Below are positions 10,458-18,611 of a stretch of 36,936 bases of DNA, one piece after another. This stretch comes from Myxococcota bacterium (lineage in GTDB: Bacteria; Myxococcota_A; UBA9160; UBA4427): assembly GCA_036336835.1 (NCBI GenBank), contig JAYZFK010000001.1:1-36936 (forward strand), given 5' to 3'. The translations under genes were made by a program, and so were the position numbers. A model generated the notes under the pieces. The model saw only the letters and a program-made list of their open reading frames with translations. It was not told the origin of the DNA and did not search any database. Within the stretch, counting starts at the first letter, position 1; each line of letters starts with the position of its first letter.

Positions 10458-10664
10458 GGCTCCGAACACTACCAGAGCCGGGATGGAGCGCGTCGCTGCA
10501 CCGGGTCCGACCGATCGCCCAATCTTCCGCCGGCCTCATTCCGCGGCCCGATCGCTCGTGTTCCGGTCGCGAAGTTGACGAACCCGGCGACGGCGCGCGA
10601 AGCTGACATATAGTTCCGGCTCGAGCAGCCAATCTGCTCCAGCGACCTCATGGAGGATTCGACG

Positions 10665-10985
10665 ATGCGCAAGACGATCTCTCTCGGTTTCCTGGCGGTT
10701 CTCGTGGTGGCATCTTCGCCCGTCTACGCCGGCGAAGCGATGGTCCACGTCGGCCACAACAACCTGGATCCGGCCGATCTCAAGGTGGCGGCAGGCGACA
10801 CGGTCGTCTTTCACAACATGGACGCGATGCCTGGCGGTCACACGATCGTCGCCGACGACGGCTCCTTCGAGAGCACGGATCTCGGCAAGGACGAGAGCTG
10901 GTCCCACACCTTCAGCGAGCCGGGTGTTTACTCCTACTCGATCAAGCAACACTCTTCGGCGAAGGGCAAGATCACCGTCGAATAG
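10665..10985 (+). CDS. Secreted cupredoxin (plastocyanin/amicyanin-like fold) with non-canonical metal site
   Basis: Signal peptide ending VYA, VAAGDTVVFHN, GGHTI, WSHTFSEPGVYSY, C-terminal GKITVE. GGAGG RBS before ATG 10665. Confidence 0.85.
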   Translation: MRKTISLGFLAVLVVASSPVYAGEAMVHVGHNNLDPADLKVAAGDTVVFHNMDAMPGGHTIVADDGSFESTDLGKDESWSHTFSEPGVYSYSIKQHSSAKGKITVE

Positions 10986-11171
10986 TCTCGCCCTGGCAGC
11001 TCGCGCTGCGAGACGTCGCCAGGAGTCCCTGCCTGGCGCGGCGCCAGCCGTCTCCCGGCGGCCGCGTCCTTGTCGCAGCTCGTGTGCAGCGCTCGCGCAC
11101 TCCGCGCGAAGCTTGAAGTATCAGTGAACAATTCCCGTTTCCTTTCACCAGTGGAACGACACATAACGATG

Positions 11172-11202
11172 ACGGATGATGCGGGTCCAGCGCATCATCC
11201 GT
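11172..11202. repeat. Perfect 12-bp inverted repeat (hairpin) in a long intergenic region
   Basis: ACGGATGATGCG-ggtccag-CGCATCATCCGT. Confidence 0.8.
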
Positions 11203-11280
11203 GAAGCGGATGGGCTGGCGAGGGTCGAGTGGGCCACTCTGGGTGTGGTCTTCGCGCTTGCGTCCGCCAGATTCTCGAGG

Positions 11281-11314
11281 GGCCCCGGCCGCGTGGTCGA
11301 CACGCGCCGGGGCC
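11281..11314. repeat. GC-rich inverted repeat (14-bp stem with one bulge), REP-like or terminator-like
   Basis: GGCCCCGG(C)CGCGTG-gtcga-CACGCGCCGGGGCC, between two convergent genes. Confidence 0.6.
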
Positions 11315-11490
11315 GGATCGAGGCCTGTTCGCAGCGAAGTTTTGGCTGACAGCGGGCTCCCGAAGCTTGGAGCTCGCTCGCGATCTCGCCCCGGAACTCC
11401 AGCCGCGGCTAGCGGCCGCCGAGTGCGTGACCAGACGCTTGACTCGGCGGATTCGGCCGCGCCGCGGCCGTGGCGCGCGCAGCGCGGCTA

Positions 11491-12630
11491 TCAGCGTGCA
11501 TGCCGCAACGCGGCGCGCACCTCGTCGACGAAGATCTCCGGCTGTTCGAACGCGGCGAAGTGGCCGCCCTTCTCGAGTTCGTTCCAGTGCACCAGCTTGT
11601 CGGCGAAGTGCTTCTCGGCCCAGCGCTTCGAGCTGCGGAAGATTTCCTTGGGGAAGATGCTGCAGCCGACCGGCACCGCGACCGGGTTCATCGGGGGGGT
11701 GTTGAAGCTTTCCCAGTAGAGGCGGCCCGACGAAGCGGCGGTGCCCGGGAGCCAGTAGAGCATGACGTTGTCGAGCAGCTCGTCTCGGGTGAGCACGTTC
11801 TCGGGGTGGCCGTTGCAGTCGGTCCAGCTCCAGAACTTCTCGAGGATCCAGCCTGCCTGGCCCGCTGGCGAGTCGACCAGGCCGTAGCCCAGGGTCTGGG
11901 GGCGGGTGCTCTGCTGCTTCGAATAGCCGGAGTCCTTGTCCTGATAGTGCTGCATGCCGGCGAGCGCGCTCTGCTCGGCTTCGCTGAGGTCGTTCATGGT
12001 ATCGGGGTCCGGCGGCACGATCGGCATGTTCAGGTGGATGCCGCCACAGTGCTCGGGGTCCTGGATGCCGATGCAGGTGGTGACGATCGCGCCCCAGTCG
12101 CCGCCCTGGGCGACGTAGCGTTCATAGCCCAGGGCGGCCATCAGCTCGCCCCAGGCGTCGGCGATCTTCTGCACGCCCCAGCCCGTCGAGGACGGCTTGT
12201 CGGAGAAGCCGTAGCCGGGCAGCGAAGGGCAAACGAGGTGGAAGGCATCGGCTGCATCGCCACCGTGGGCGGCCGGGTCGGTGAGAGGGCCGATCACCTT
12301 CTGGAACTCGACGATCGAGCCGGGCCAGCCGTGGGTCATGACGAGCGGAAGGGCATCTGGCTCGGGCGAGCGGATGTGCTGGAAGTGGATGCCCAGCCCC
12401 TGGAGCGGCAGGCGAAACTGCGGGTACGCGTTGAGCTTGGCCGCGCGTTCGCGCCAGTCGTACTTGTCGGCCCAGTACTGGCAGACCTCCTTCAGATAGG
12501 CGAGTGGGATACCCTGCGACCAGTCGTCGACGCACTCGACCTCGGGCCAGCGGGTGGCCAGCAGGCGGCGGCGCAGATCATCCAGCTCCTCGTCGCTGGT
12601 GCGGATCTCGAAGGGTTCGGGGGTGGCCAT
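11491..12630 (-). CDS. Epoxide hydrolase (EHN domain plus alpha/beta hydrolase)
   Basis: PFEI..L..RL..TRWP, HGWPGS, SLPGYGFS, AQGGDWG (nucleophile Asp), GGHFAAFE. GAGGAG RBS. Confidence 0.95.
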   Translation of the reverse strand: MATPEPFEIRTSDEELDDLRRRLLATRWPEVECVDDWSQGIPLAYLKEVCQYWADKYDWRERAAKLNAYPQFRLPLQGLGIHFQHIRSPEPDALPLVMTHGWPGSIVEFQKVIGPLTDPAAHGGDAADAFHLVCPSLPGYGFSDKPSSTGWGVQKIADAWGELMAALGYERYVAQGGDWGAIVTTCIGIQDPEHCGGIHLNMPIVPPDPDTMNDLSEAEQSALAGMQHYQDKDSGYSKQQSTRPQTLGYGLVDSPAGQAGWILEKFWSWTDCNGHPENVLTRDELLDNVMLYWLPGTAASSGRLYWESFNTPPMNPVAVPVGCSIFPKEIFRSSKRWAEKHFADKLVHWNELEKGGHFAAFEQPEIFVDEVRAALRHAR

Positions 12631-12672
12631 GGTGCTCTCCTCGGGGATTCGGGAACGCGGGATCCGGCGTGC

Positions 12673-12682
12673 ACGGTACGGT
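12673..12682. promoter_or_regulatory. Candidate bidirectional -10 element
   Basis: ACGGTACGGT reads TACGGT on plus and TACCGT on minus, between divergent starts at 12630 and 12723. Confidence 0.45.
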
Positions 12683-12722
12683 GACGGGGCCTCTCAAGGC
12701 AAGGACGTCGAGGAAGACCGGA

Positions 12723-13097
12723 ATGGCGAAGCCCCCCGATCCGCTCGAGCGGCTGCGCAAGATCATCGAGTCCTGGCCGGAGACCCGCGAGAAGCTCTCG
12801 CACGCCGCTCCCACCTGGTGGGGTGGGCGCAAGACCTTCGCGACCTTTCACCTCGATCACCACGGCGATCTGGGCCCCACCGTCTGGGTGAAGTCGACGC
12901 ACGAGATCCAGGCCGAGCTGGTCGAGACCGACGCCGAGCTGTTCTTCGTGCCGCCCTATGTAGGCGTCAGCGGCTGGCTGGGCGTGCGGCTCGATCGCGG
13001 TGCCGACTGGGAGATGATCGCGGGAATCCTCGAGGACGGATACCGGATGGTTGCGCCCAAGCGCGCCATCCGCGCGCTCGACGACGGCACCGATTGA
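12723..13097 (+). CDS. MmcQ/YjbR family protein
   Basis: PETREKLSHAAPTW, KTFA, FFVPPYVGVSGWLGVRLD, YRMVAPKR. Real start is ATG 12723, not 12504. Confidence 0.88.
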   Translation: MAKPPDPLERLRKIIESWPETREKLSHAAPTWWGGRKTFATFHLDHHGDLGPTVWVKSTHEIQAELVETDAELFFVPPYVGVSGWLGVRLDRGADWEMIAGILEDGYRMVAPKRAIRALDDGTD

Positions 13098-13123
13098 CAC
13101 CGTGCCCGGCGACCGCGCAGTAT
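13094..13123 (+). promoter_or_regulatory. Candidate sigma70-type promoter for the amidohydrolase gene
   Basis: Perfect TTGACA (13094-13099), 18-nt spacer, CAGTAT (13118-13123). Confidence 0.4.
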
Positions 13124-13151
13124 GTCGCTCTCAGCCAGACGAGGAGCGCGT

Positions 13152-14318
13152 ATGGGTCGCAAGTATCAGTTGATTTCGGCCGACGGACACGTGGAGACGC
13201 CGCCGGATTCCTGGATTCGCCACCTCGACGATCAGTATCGTCCGTACGCGCCGCAGCTGATCGAGCTGCGCGACGGCGGCGAGGCCTGGTTGATCGAGGG
13301 CCAGCAGCTCGTTCCCAACGGCCAGAACATCACCGGCCGGGGCCCCGTCAAGATTCGTGGCGGCAGCTACTTCAAGCCGGATGGCTCGCCCGCCGAAGGC
13401 GCCGGCGACGGCGCCCAGCGGCTGCGCGAGCAGGACGAAGACGGAATCGACGCGGAGGTGCTGTTCCCGCCGATCTTTGCGTCGCGCATGATCGAGTCCA
13501 TCTCGGACAAGGAGGCCTATCGAGCGCTGGTCCGCGCATACAACACCTTCCTGGCGCAGGACTACTGTTCGGTCGCACCCGATCGACTGATCGGCAACGC
13601 GGTGATGCCGGTGACGGGGGTCGAGGATGCGATCGCCGAGCTCGAGTACGTGGTCGATCTCGGGCTGCGCTCGGTGTCGTTCCACCAGTTCCCGAACGGA
13701 AGTGGCTTCGCCGCGCCCGAAGACGACGAGTTCTGGAAGCGGAGCCTCGAGCTGGGTGTCAAGCTGTCGCCGCACTTCGGCTTCGGAGCGTTCTCGCCGC
13801 CGATGAATGCCGTCGGCCTCGGCCTTGCGCCCGATCCGTTCGCGGCGACGATCTGCCAGCGCGCGAGCGGCACGCCCCCCCTCTACACCATGAGCCAGCT
13901 GCTCTGCACGGGTGTCTTCGATCGGCTGCCCGAGATCGAGTTCTACTTCGCAGAGGTAAACGCGAGCTGGCTGCCGTGGGGGTTGTTCGTGCTCGATGAC
14001 AACTACGAGATCTTCCGCGGGGCGTTCGATCGCAAGCTCGAGCGCAAGCCGAGCGAGTACATCCTCGACCACTGCTGGTTCGGGATCATCCGCGATCCGT
14101 GTGCGGTGCAGATGTACGAGCACGTACCGTTCGACCGCTTGATGTTCGGGTCCGACTTCCCGCACTCGGTGGGCTCGTTCCCGAACACCCATCAGTTCCT
14201 CGACGAGGCGTTCGAAGGAGTTCCCGATGCGCTGCGGCGCAAGATGCTGCTCGAGAACCCGGCGCACTACTATGATCTCGATCTCGAGGCGGACATCACC
14301 GAGACGCCGGCGGCCTGA
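13152..14318 (+). CDS. Amidohydrolase family protein (Amidohydro_2-like)
   Basis: LISADGHV, DEDGIDAEVLFP, RAYN, GVFDRLP, FGSDFPH, ENPA. GAGGAG RBS before ATG 13152. Confidence 0.92.
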   Translation: MGRKYQLISADGHVETPPDSWIRHLDDQYRPYAPQLIELRDGGEAWLIEGQQLVPNGQNITGRGPVKIRGGSYFKPDGSPAEGAGDGAQRLREQDEDGIDAEVLFPPIFASRMIESISDKEAYRALVRAYNTFLAQDYCSVAPDRLIGNAVMPVTGVEDAIAELEYVVDLGLRSVSFHQFPNGSGFAAPEDDEFWKRSLELGVKLSPHFGFGAFSPPMNAVGLGLAPDPFAATICQRASGTPPLYTMSQLLCTGVFDRLPEIEFYFAEVNASWLPWGLFVLDDNYEIFRGAFDRKLERKPSEYILDHCWFGIIRDPCAVQMYEHVPFDRLMFGSDFPHSVGSFPNTHQFLDEAFEGVPDALRRKMLLENPAHYYDLDLEADITETPAA

Positions 14319-14366
14319 CACGAGCTTGCGTCCCTGGTGAAGGCGAGGACGCCGCCCGTGGTGGAG

Positions 14367-14906
14367 CTAGTGGGGCTTCCGCTCCAGGAGGACGAACCGC
14401 AACTCGTTGAAGTCTCGAGTTTCCTCGCCGATCTGATCGATGATGGTGTAATGCGACTCGATCCAGGCGAATGCACCGTTGGCGAAGCCTCCGGGTCCAC
14501 GAATCTTGTACACCGGAGAATCAACCTCCTCGATTCGTCGCAAGTAGGCCACATAGTCCGGGGGGTGCGCCTCTAGCTTGGCCACCGCTCCCTCATCGCC
14601 TCCCGCCATTTCGTACAAGCCGCTATAGAGAAACGACTGCACGAACGGGGTCTGATTCGCCATCCCGGTGAGGAAGTTGAGGATGACGGCTTCTGGCAGG
14701 ACCAGCAGGGAGCTCTCTCGAGGCAGCTTCGAGAGTCTCGCTACCACAGTGTTCAGCGTAGTCGGGTCGACCGAAAGGCCCGCCCGGGTCGATGCATACA
14801 TCGCGTTTGCACCGCTGCCGACTCGAACATTCTTCTGGGCGAACCCCTCGATGCTGTGACGCGCGTTCAGGACGCTGAACGTCACGATGATCGCGAGGAA
14901 GCTCAG
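14367..14906 (-). pseudogene. Probable 5'-truncated fragment of a membrane glycosyltransferase-like gene (last TM helix plus C-terminal soluble domain)
   Basis: LLVLPEAVILNFLTG..N.TPF, LEAHPPDYV and WIESHY resemble C-terminal domains of ArnT/GT-C-like proteins. The frame extends upstream of GTG 14885 through hydrophobic LSFLAIIVTFSV, then loses coding character. No RBS, and visibly lower GC than the flanks. Confidence 0.5.
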
Positions 14907-15040
14907 CCTGCAAGCGCGTTGCGCCGCGGGTCTTCCGCGTCTCGGAGATGGTTTCGACGACCGACCGCATCGGGCCCTTTGGCGGATCGGAGCCGACGAC
15001 CAGAGGCAGAGTTGCGGTACTCCGTGAGATACTCCGTCCC

Positions 15041-16213
15041 ATGAGATCGTTTCGGGAGTCCGAGCAGGCGCTCCACGACGCCGCGCGCGCGCAGGTGGGC
15101 CACGACGACTTCGGCGACGACGCCTACCTCGAAGGTCTGCGGGCCCTGCTCGGCTCGCTCGACGACGACGCGCGTCTCACGCCCGTGGGTGACCTCGCCA
15201 TCCGGGGCACGCTGATCGATGCGCTGAAGGGCCGGCTCCACAGCGAGCGCGGATGGGCTGCGTCGCCCGCCTGTGCGACGATCGCGATCGAGCGTCCATT
15301 GGTGATCATCGGACTTGCGCGCACCGGTACCTCGGCGCTGCACCACCTGCTCGCGCTGGACCCGGCGCTGCAGGGCCTGCCGCTCTGGCTCGCCCATACG
15401 CCCAGGCCCCGATCGCCTCGTGCGGAGTGGGAGCGCGATTCCGACTTCTGTGCCTGCGATGAGCGAATGCGCGCGCTCTACCAGCGCAGCCCGCAGATGC
15501 GGGCGATCCATCACATGGCGGCCGACCAGGTCGACGAGTGCTGGTACCTGCTCTCGCAGAGCTTTGCCCACTCGAGCTGGGAAGCGAACGCCTACCTTCC
15601 CTCCTACTCGAAGTGGTGGGCGCAACACGACATGCGCCCCGCGTACGAGCGGCACAGGCGCAACCTGCAGCTGATCGGCCAGCGCGAGCCCGAGCGCCGC
15701 TGGCTGCTGAAGGACTCGACCCACCTGTTCGATCTAGGGGCCTTCCTCTCGGTCTATCCCGACGCGATGATCGTCCACACTCACCGGGATCCCGTCTCCG
15801 TGATCGCTTCGACCTGCAGTCTGTGCTGGATGGCTCACGAGCCGTTGAACGAGGGCGCCGATCCCGCGTCGTTCGGTCGCGCGACGCTCGCTCTGTGGCA
15901 GAGAGCGATCGACAACAGCATGGCGGTGCGGCGTCGATGCGATGCGGCGCAGTTCTACGATCTGCAGTTCCGCGATTTCCAGCGCGATCCGCTGGCCGCC
16001 ATCCGCGACATCTACGACCACTTCGGCCTGCCGCTTTCGGATGTGGCAACGACCGCGATGCACCGCTTCCGCGCCGAGAACCCACCGGACAAGCGCGGTG
16101 AACACCGCTACGAGCTGGACACGTGGTCACTCTCGGTCGACGAGATCCGCGAGCGCTTTCGCCCCTACGTCGAGCGCTTCGACATCCCGCTGGCCGAGGA
16201 TCTCGGGCGATGA
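15041..16213 (+). CDS. Sulfotransferase family protein (Sulfotransfer_3-like)
   Basis: PLVIIGLARTGTSALHHLL (5'-PSB loop), RWLLKDSTHL, HTHRDP (3'-PB). Start placed at ATG 15041. Confidence 0.9.
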   Translation: MRSFRESEQALHDAARAQVGHDDFGDDAYLEGLRALLGSLDDDARLTPVGDLAIRGTLIDALKGRLHSERGWAASPACATIAIERPLVIIGLARTGTSALHHLLALDPALQGLPLWLAHTPRPRSPRAEWERDSDFCACDERMRALYQRSPQMRAIHHMAADQVDECWYLLSQSFAHSSWEANAYLPSYSKWWAQHDMRPAYERHRRNLQLIGQREPERRWLLKDSTHLFDLGAFLSVYPDAMIVHTHRDPVSVIASTCSLCWMAHEPLNEGADPASFGRATLALWQRAIDNSMAVRRRCDAAQFYDLQFRDFQRDPLAAIRDIYDHFGLPLSDVATTAMHRFRAENPPDKRGEHRYELDTWSLSVDEIRERFRPYVERFDIPLAEDLGR

Positions 16214-16220
16214 GGGCGCT

Positions 16221-17795
16221 GTGCTGCTGAAGGAGCTGAGCGAGCTTCAGGCGCGGGCGGGCTGGCTCTCCGAGGCCGGGCTGCGCGAGATCGCCGAGCG
16301 CCGCCGGGTGCCTCTCCATCGGCTCGAGAGTCTTTCCACCTTCTACACGCACTTCCGGCGCAGCGAGCCGCCGCGTCGCGAGCTCGGGGTGTGTCGCGAC
16401 GTTGCGTGTGGGATCGCCGGACGTGGCGAGGCGCTCGACCGTCTGCGTCCGTTGCTCGATGAGCTCGGTGTCGAGCTGCGCGAGGTGTCGTGCCTCGGGC
16501 GCTGCGACGGCGCGCCAGCCGGCTGTGTCGGCGAGTGCGCGGTGGACCTGCGCAACGAGGCCGAGCTGCGCGCCGCGCTCGATGACCCGGCGTCGCGCGA
16601 ACGGCCGATCCGTTCGTGGTCTGCGGATCCCTACGCGTCGCGCGGCGAGCGCTACGGAGCGCTTCGCCGCTGGCTGGACGACGATCCGGCACGACTTCTC
16701 GACGAGCTCGAGGCGGCGGGGCTGCGAGGCCTGGGGGGCGCCGGCTTTCCGACTGCGCGCAAGTGGCGGCTCGTCGCGTCGCGGAACGCGAGCCCGAAGT
16801 ACGTCATCTGCAACGCCGACGAGAGCGAGCCCGGCAGCTTCAAGGATCGCGAGGTGCTGCACGACCTGCCCCATCTGGTGATCGAGGGCATGGCGCTGGC
16901 GGGCCTCGCGGTGGGCGCGTCGAGCGGGATCCTGTTCATTCGACACGAATACGCGGCCGAGCGACAGCGCTTCGACGCCGAGCTGGCCGCAGCGAGGGAG
17001 GCGGGCGCGCTCGGTGAGCGGATCTTCGACAGCGATTTCTGCTTCGACGTCGAGATCTTCGTCTCGCCCGGCGGCTACATCCTGGGAGAGGAGACGGCGC
17101 TGCTCGAGTGCCTCGAAGACCGCCGCGGCGAGCCGCGCAACAAGCCGCCGTTTCCCGGCGTGTCGGGTCTGTACGGCCAGCCGACGCTGATCAACAATGT
17201 CGAGACGCTCGCGCACGCCGCCGCGATCGCCGAGCGCGGCTCGGACTGGTGGCACGCGCTCGCCCCCGACGGCTTCGCCGGTCACAAGTTCATGGCGGTC
17301 AGCGGCGACGTGGCCGAGCCGGGAGTCGTGCTGGTACCGATGGGAACGACACTGGGCCAGCTGCTCGACGCGTGCGGTGGGATGAAGGATGGAGCGGCCG
17401 TGGCGGCTGTCGCGCCCGGGGGCGCGTCGAGCTCCTTCCTACCCGGGGCGGCGCTCGACGTCGCGCTCGATTTCGATGCGCTGAGCGAGGCGGGCTCGAT
17501 GCTCGGCTCGGGTGCCGCGATCTTCGTGGCGGAGGGGCGCAATCTGCTCGAGGTCGGGCTCGACGTAGCGCGCTTCTTCCGCAACGAGTCGTGCGGCAAG
17601 TGCGTGCCGTGTCGGGTCGGCACCGAGAAGGCCGTGGCGTTGCTCGAGTCGCAGCCGCTCACGCCTGCACTGCTCGGGCAGCTGCGCGCGCTGCACGCGA
17701 CGCTCGCGCGCACCAGCATCTGCGGGCTCGGCCAGATCGCACTCGCGCCGCTGCTCTCGATCGTCGACCTGTCCGAGGGCGCCGCGCGTGGTTGA
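16221..17795 (+). CDS. NuoE-NuoF-like fusion (FdsG/FdsB-like diaphorase subunit of NAD-dependent formate dehydrogenase)
   Basis: N-terminal STFYTHF, CRDVAC and CLGRC ([2Fe-2S]); then GLRGLGGAGFPT, CNADESEPG, GEETALL, PRNKPPFP, NNVET, ESCGKCVPCR..SICGLG ([4Fe-4S]). In-frame GTG at 16221. Confidence 0.9.
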   Translation: MLLKELSELQARAGWLSEAGLREIAERRRVPLHRLESLSTFYTHFRRSEPPRRELGVCRDVACGIAGRGEALDRLRPLLDELGVELREVSCLGRCDGAPAGCVGECAVDLRNEAELRAALDDPASRERPIRSWSADPYASRGERYGALRRWLDDDPARLLDELEAAGLRGLGGAGFPTARKWRLVASRNASPKYVICNADESEPGSFKDREVLHDLPHLVIEGMALAGLAVGASSGILFIRHEYAAERQRFDAELAAAREAGALGERIFDSDFCFDVEIFVSPGGYILGEETALLECLEDRRGEPRNKPPFPGVSGLYGQPTLINNVETLAHAAAIAERGSDWWHALAPDGFAGHKFMAVSGDVAEPGVVLVPMGTTLGQLLDACGGMKDGAAVAAVAPGGASSSFLPGAALDVALDFDALSEAGSMLGSGAAIFVAEGRNLLEVGLDVARFFRNESCGKCVPCRVGTEKAVALLESQPLTPALLGQLRALHATLARTSICGLGQIALAPLLSIVDLSEGAARG

Positions 17796-18609
17796 CGCGG
17801 CTGCGATCGTGCTCTGCGGCGGGCGTTCCACCCGGATGGGACGACCCAAGGCGCTGCTGCCCTGGCGCGGCCGGCGGATGGTCGAGCACGTGGTGGAGGT
17901 GTTGCGCGGTGCGGTCGACGAGGTGGTCGCCGTCACCTCCGAGGAGCTCGATCTGCCGCCTGTGCGGGCGCGCGTGGTGCGCGACGCGGAGTCCGGACTC
18001 GGTCCGCTCGGGGGCCTGGCCGCGGGGCTCGCGGCGGTCGAGGCGCCGACGGCATACGCGACGAGCACGGACGCGCCGTTCCTGTCGCCGGCGTTCGTGC
18101 GTGCGGTGCTCGCGGTTGGCGAGGCCGCGGCACCCTTCGTCGACGGCTTCGTGCAAACGCTCGCTGCGGCCTATCCCAGTCGGGACGGCGCTCGCGAGGC
18201 GCGGCGCCTGCTCGTCGAGGGGCGAAGACGGCCGCTGGATCTGCTCGAGGCGCTCAACTATCGCGCGCTCCCGGCCGGAGAGCTCCCCGAGCTGCGCTCA
18301 CTGCGCGGGTTCAATACACCCGAAGAGTACCTCGCCGCCGTGAAGGGCGAGACCGGTGATGCAACCGCCGTGCTCGAGTTCGTGGGTCGCGTGCGCGATG
18401 TCGCGGGCTGCGACTCGATCCGTGTGCCGGTGGGGACGCTCGAGTCCGTGCTCGAGCGCGCACCGGCGCCACTCGTGCTGTGCGAAGATGGCCGCGTTGC
18501 ACCGCCGTTCCAGGTCTCGCTCGGGGGGAGCGACTTCGTGCGCGACGGGCGGGTTCCGGTCGGTCCGGACGAGCGGGTGGTCGTGATCGATTCGGCAGCG
18601 GAAGGTTGA
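17788..18609 (+). CDS. mobA: Molybdenum cofactor guanylyltransferase fused to a C-terminal MoaD/ThiS-like domain
   Basis: VLCGGRSTRMGRPKALL, GPLGGL, STDAPF, FNTPEEY, then about 80 aa of beta-grasp-like sequence ending IDSAAEG. Confidence 0.85.
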   Translation: MVDAAAIVLCGGRSTRMGRPKALLPWRGRRMVEHVVEVLRGAVDEVVAVTSEELDLPPVRARVVRDAESGLGPLGGLAAGLAAVEAPTAYATSTDAPFLSPAFVRAVLAVGEAAAPFVDGFVQTLAAAYPSRDGAREARRLLVEGRRRPLDLLEALNYRALPAGELPELRSLRGFNTPEEYLAAVKGETGDATAVLEFVGRVRDVAGCDSIRVPVGTLESVLERAPAPLVLCEDGRVAPPFQVSLGGSDFVRDGRVPVGPDERVVVIDSAAEG

Positions 18610-18611
18610 CG

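Noticed and set aside
11124..11204. 26-codon ORF VNNSRFLSPVERHITMTDDAGPAHHP
   Set aside because: No RBS, atypical codon usage and no motif; covered under the intergenic finding.
15018..15037. Direct repeat TACTCCGT-gaga-TACTCCGT upstream of the sulfotransferase
   Set aside because: Only two 8-bp copies and it overlaps the candidate -10. It could be an operator, but nothing else supports that.
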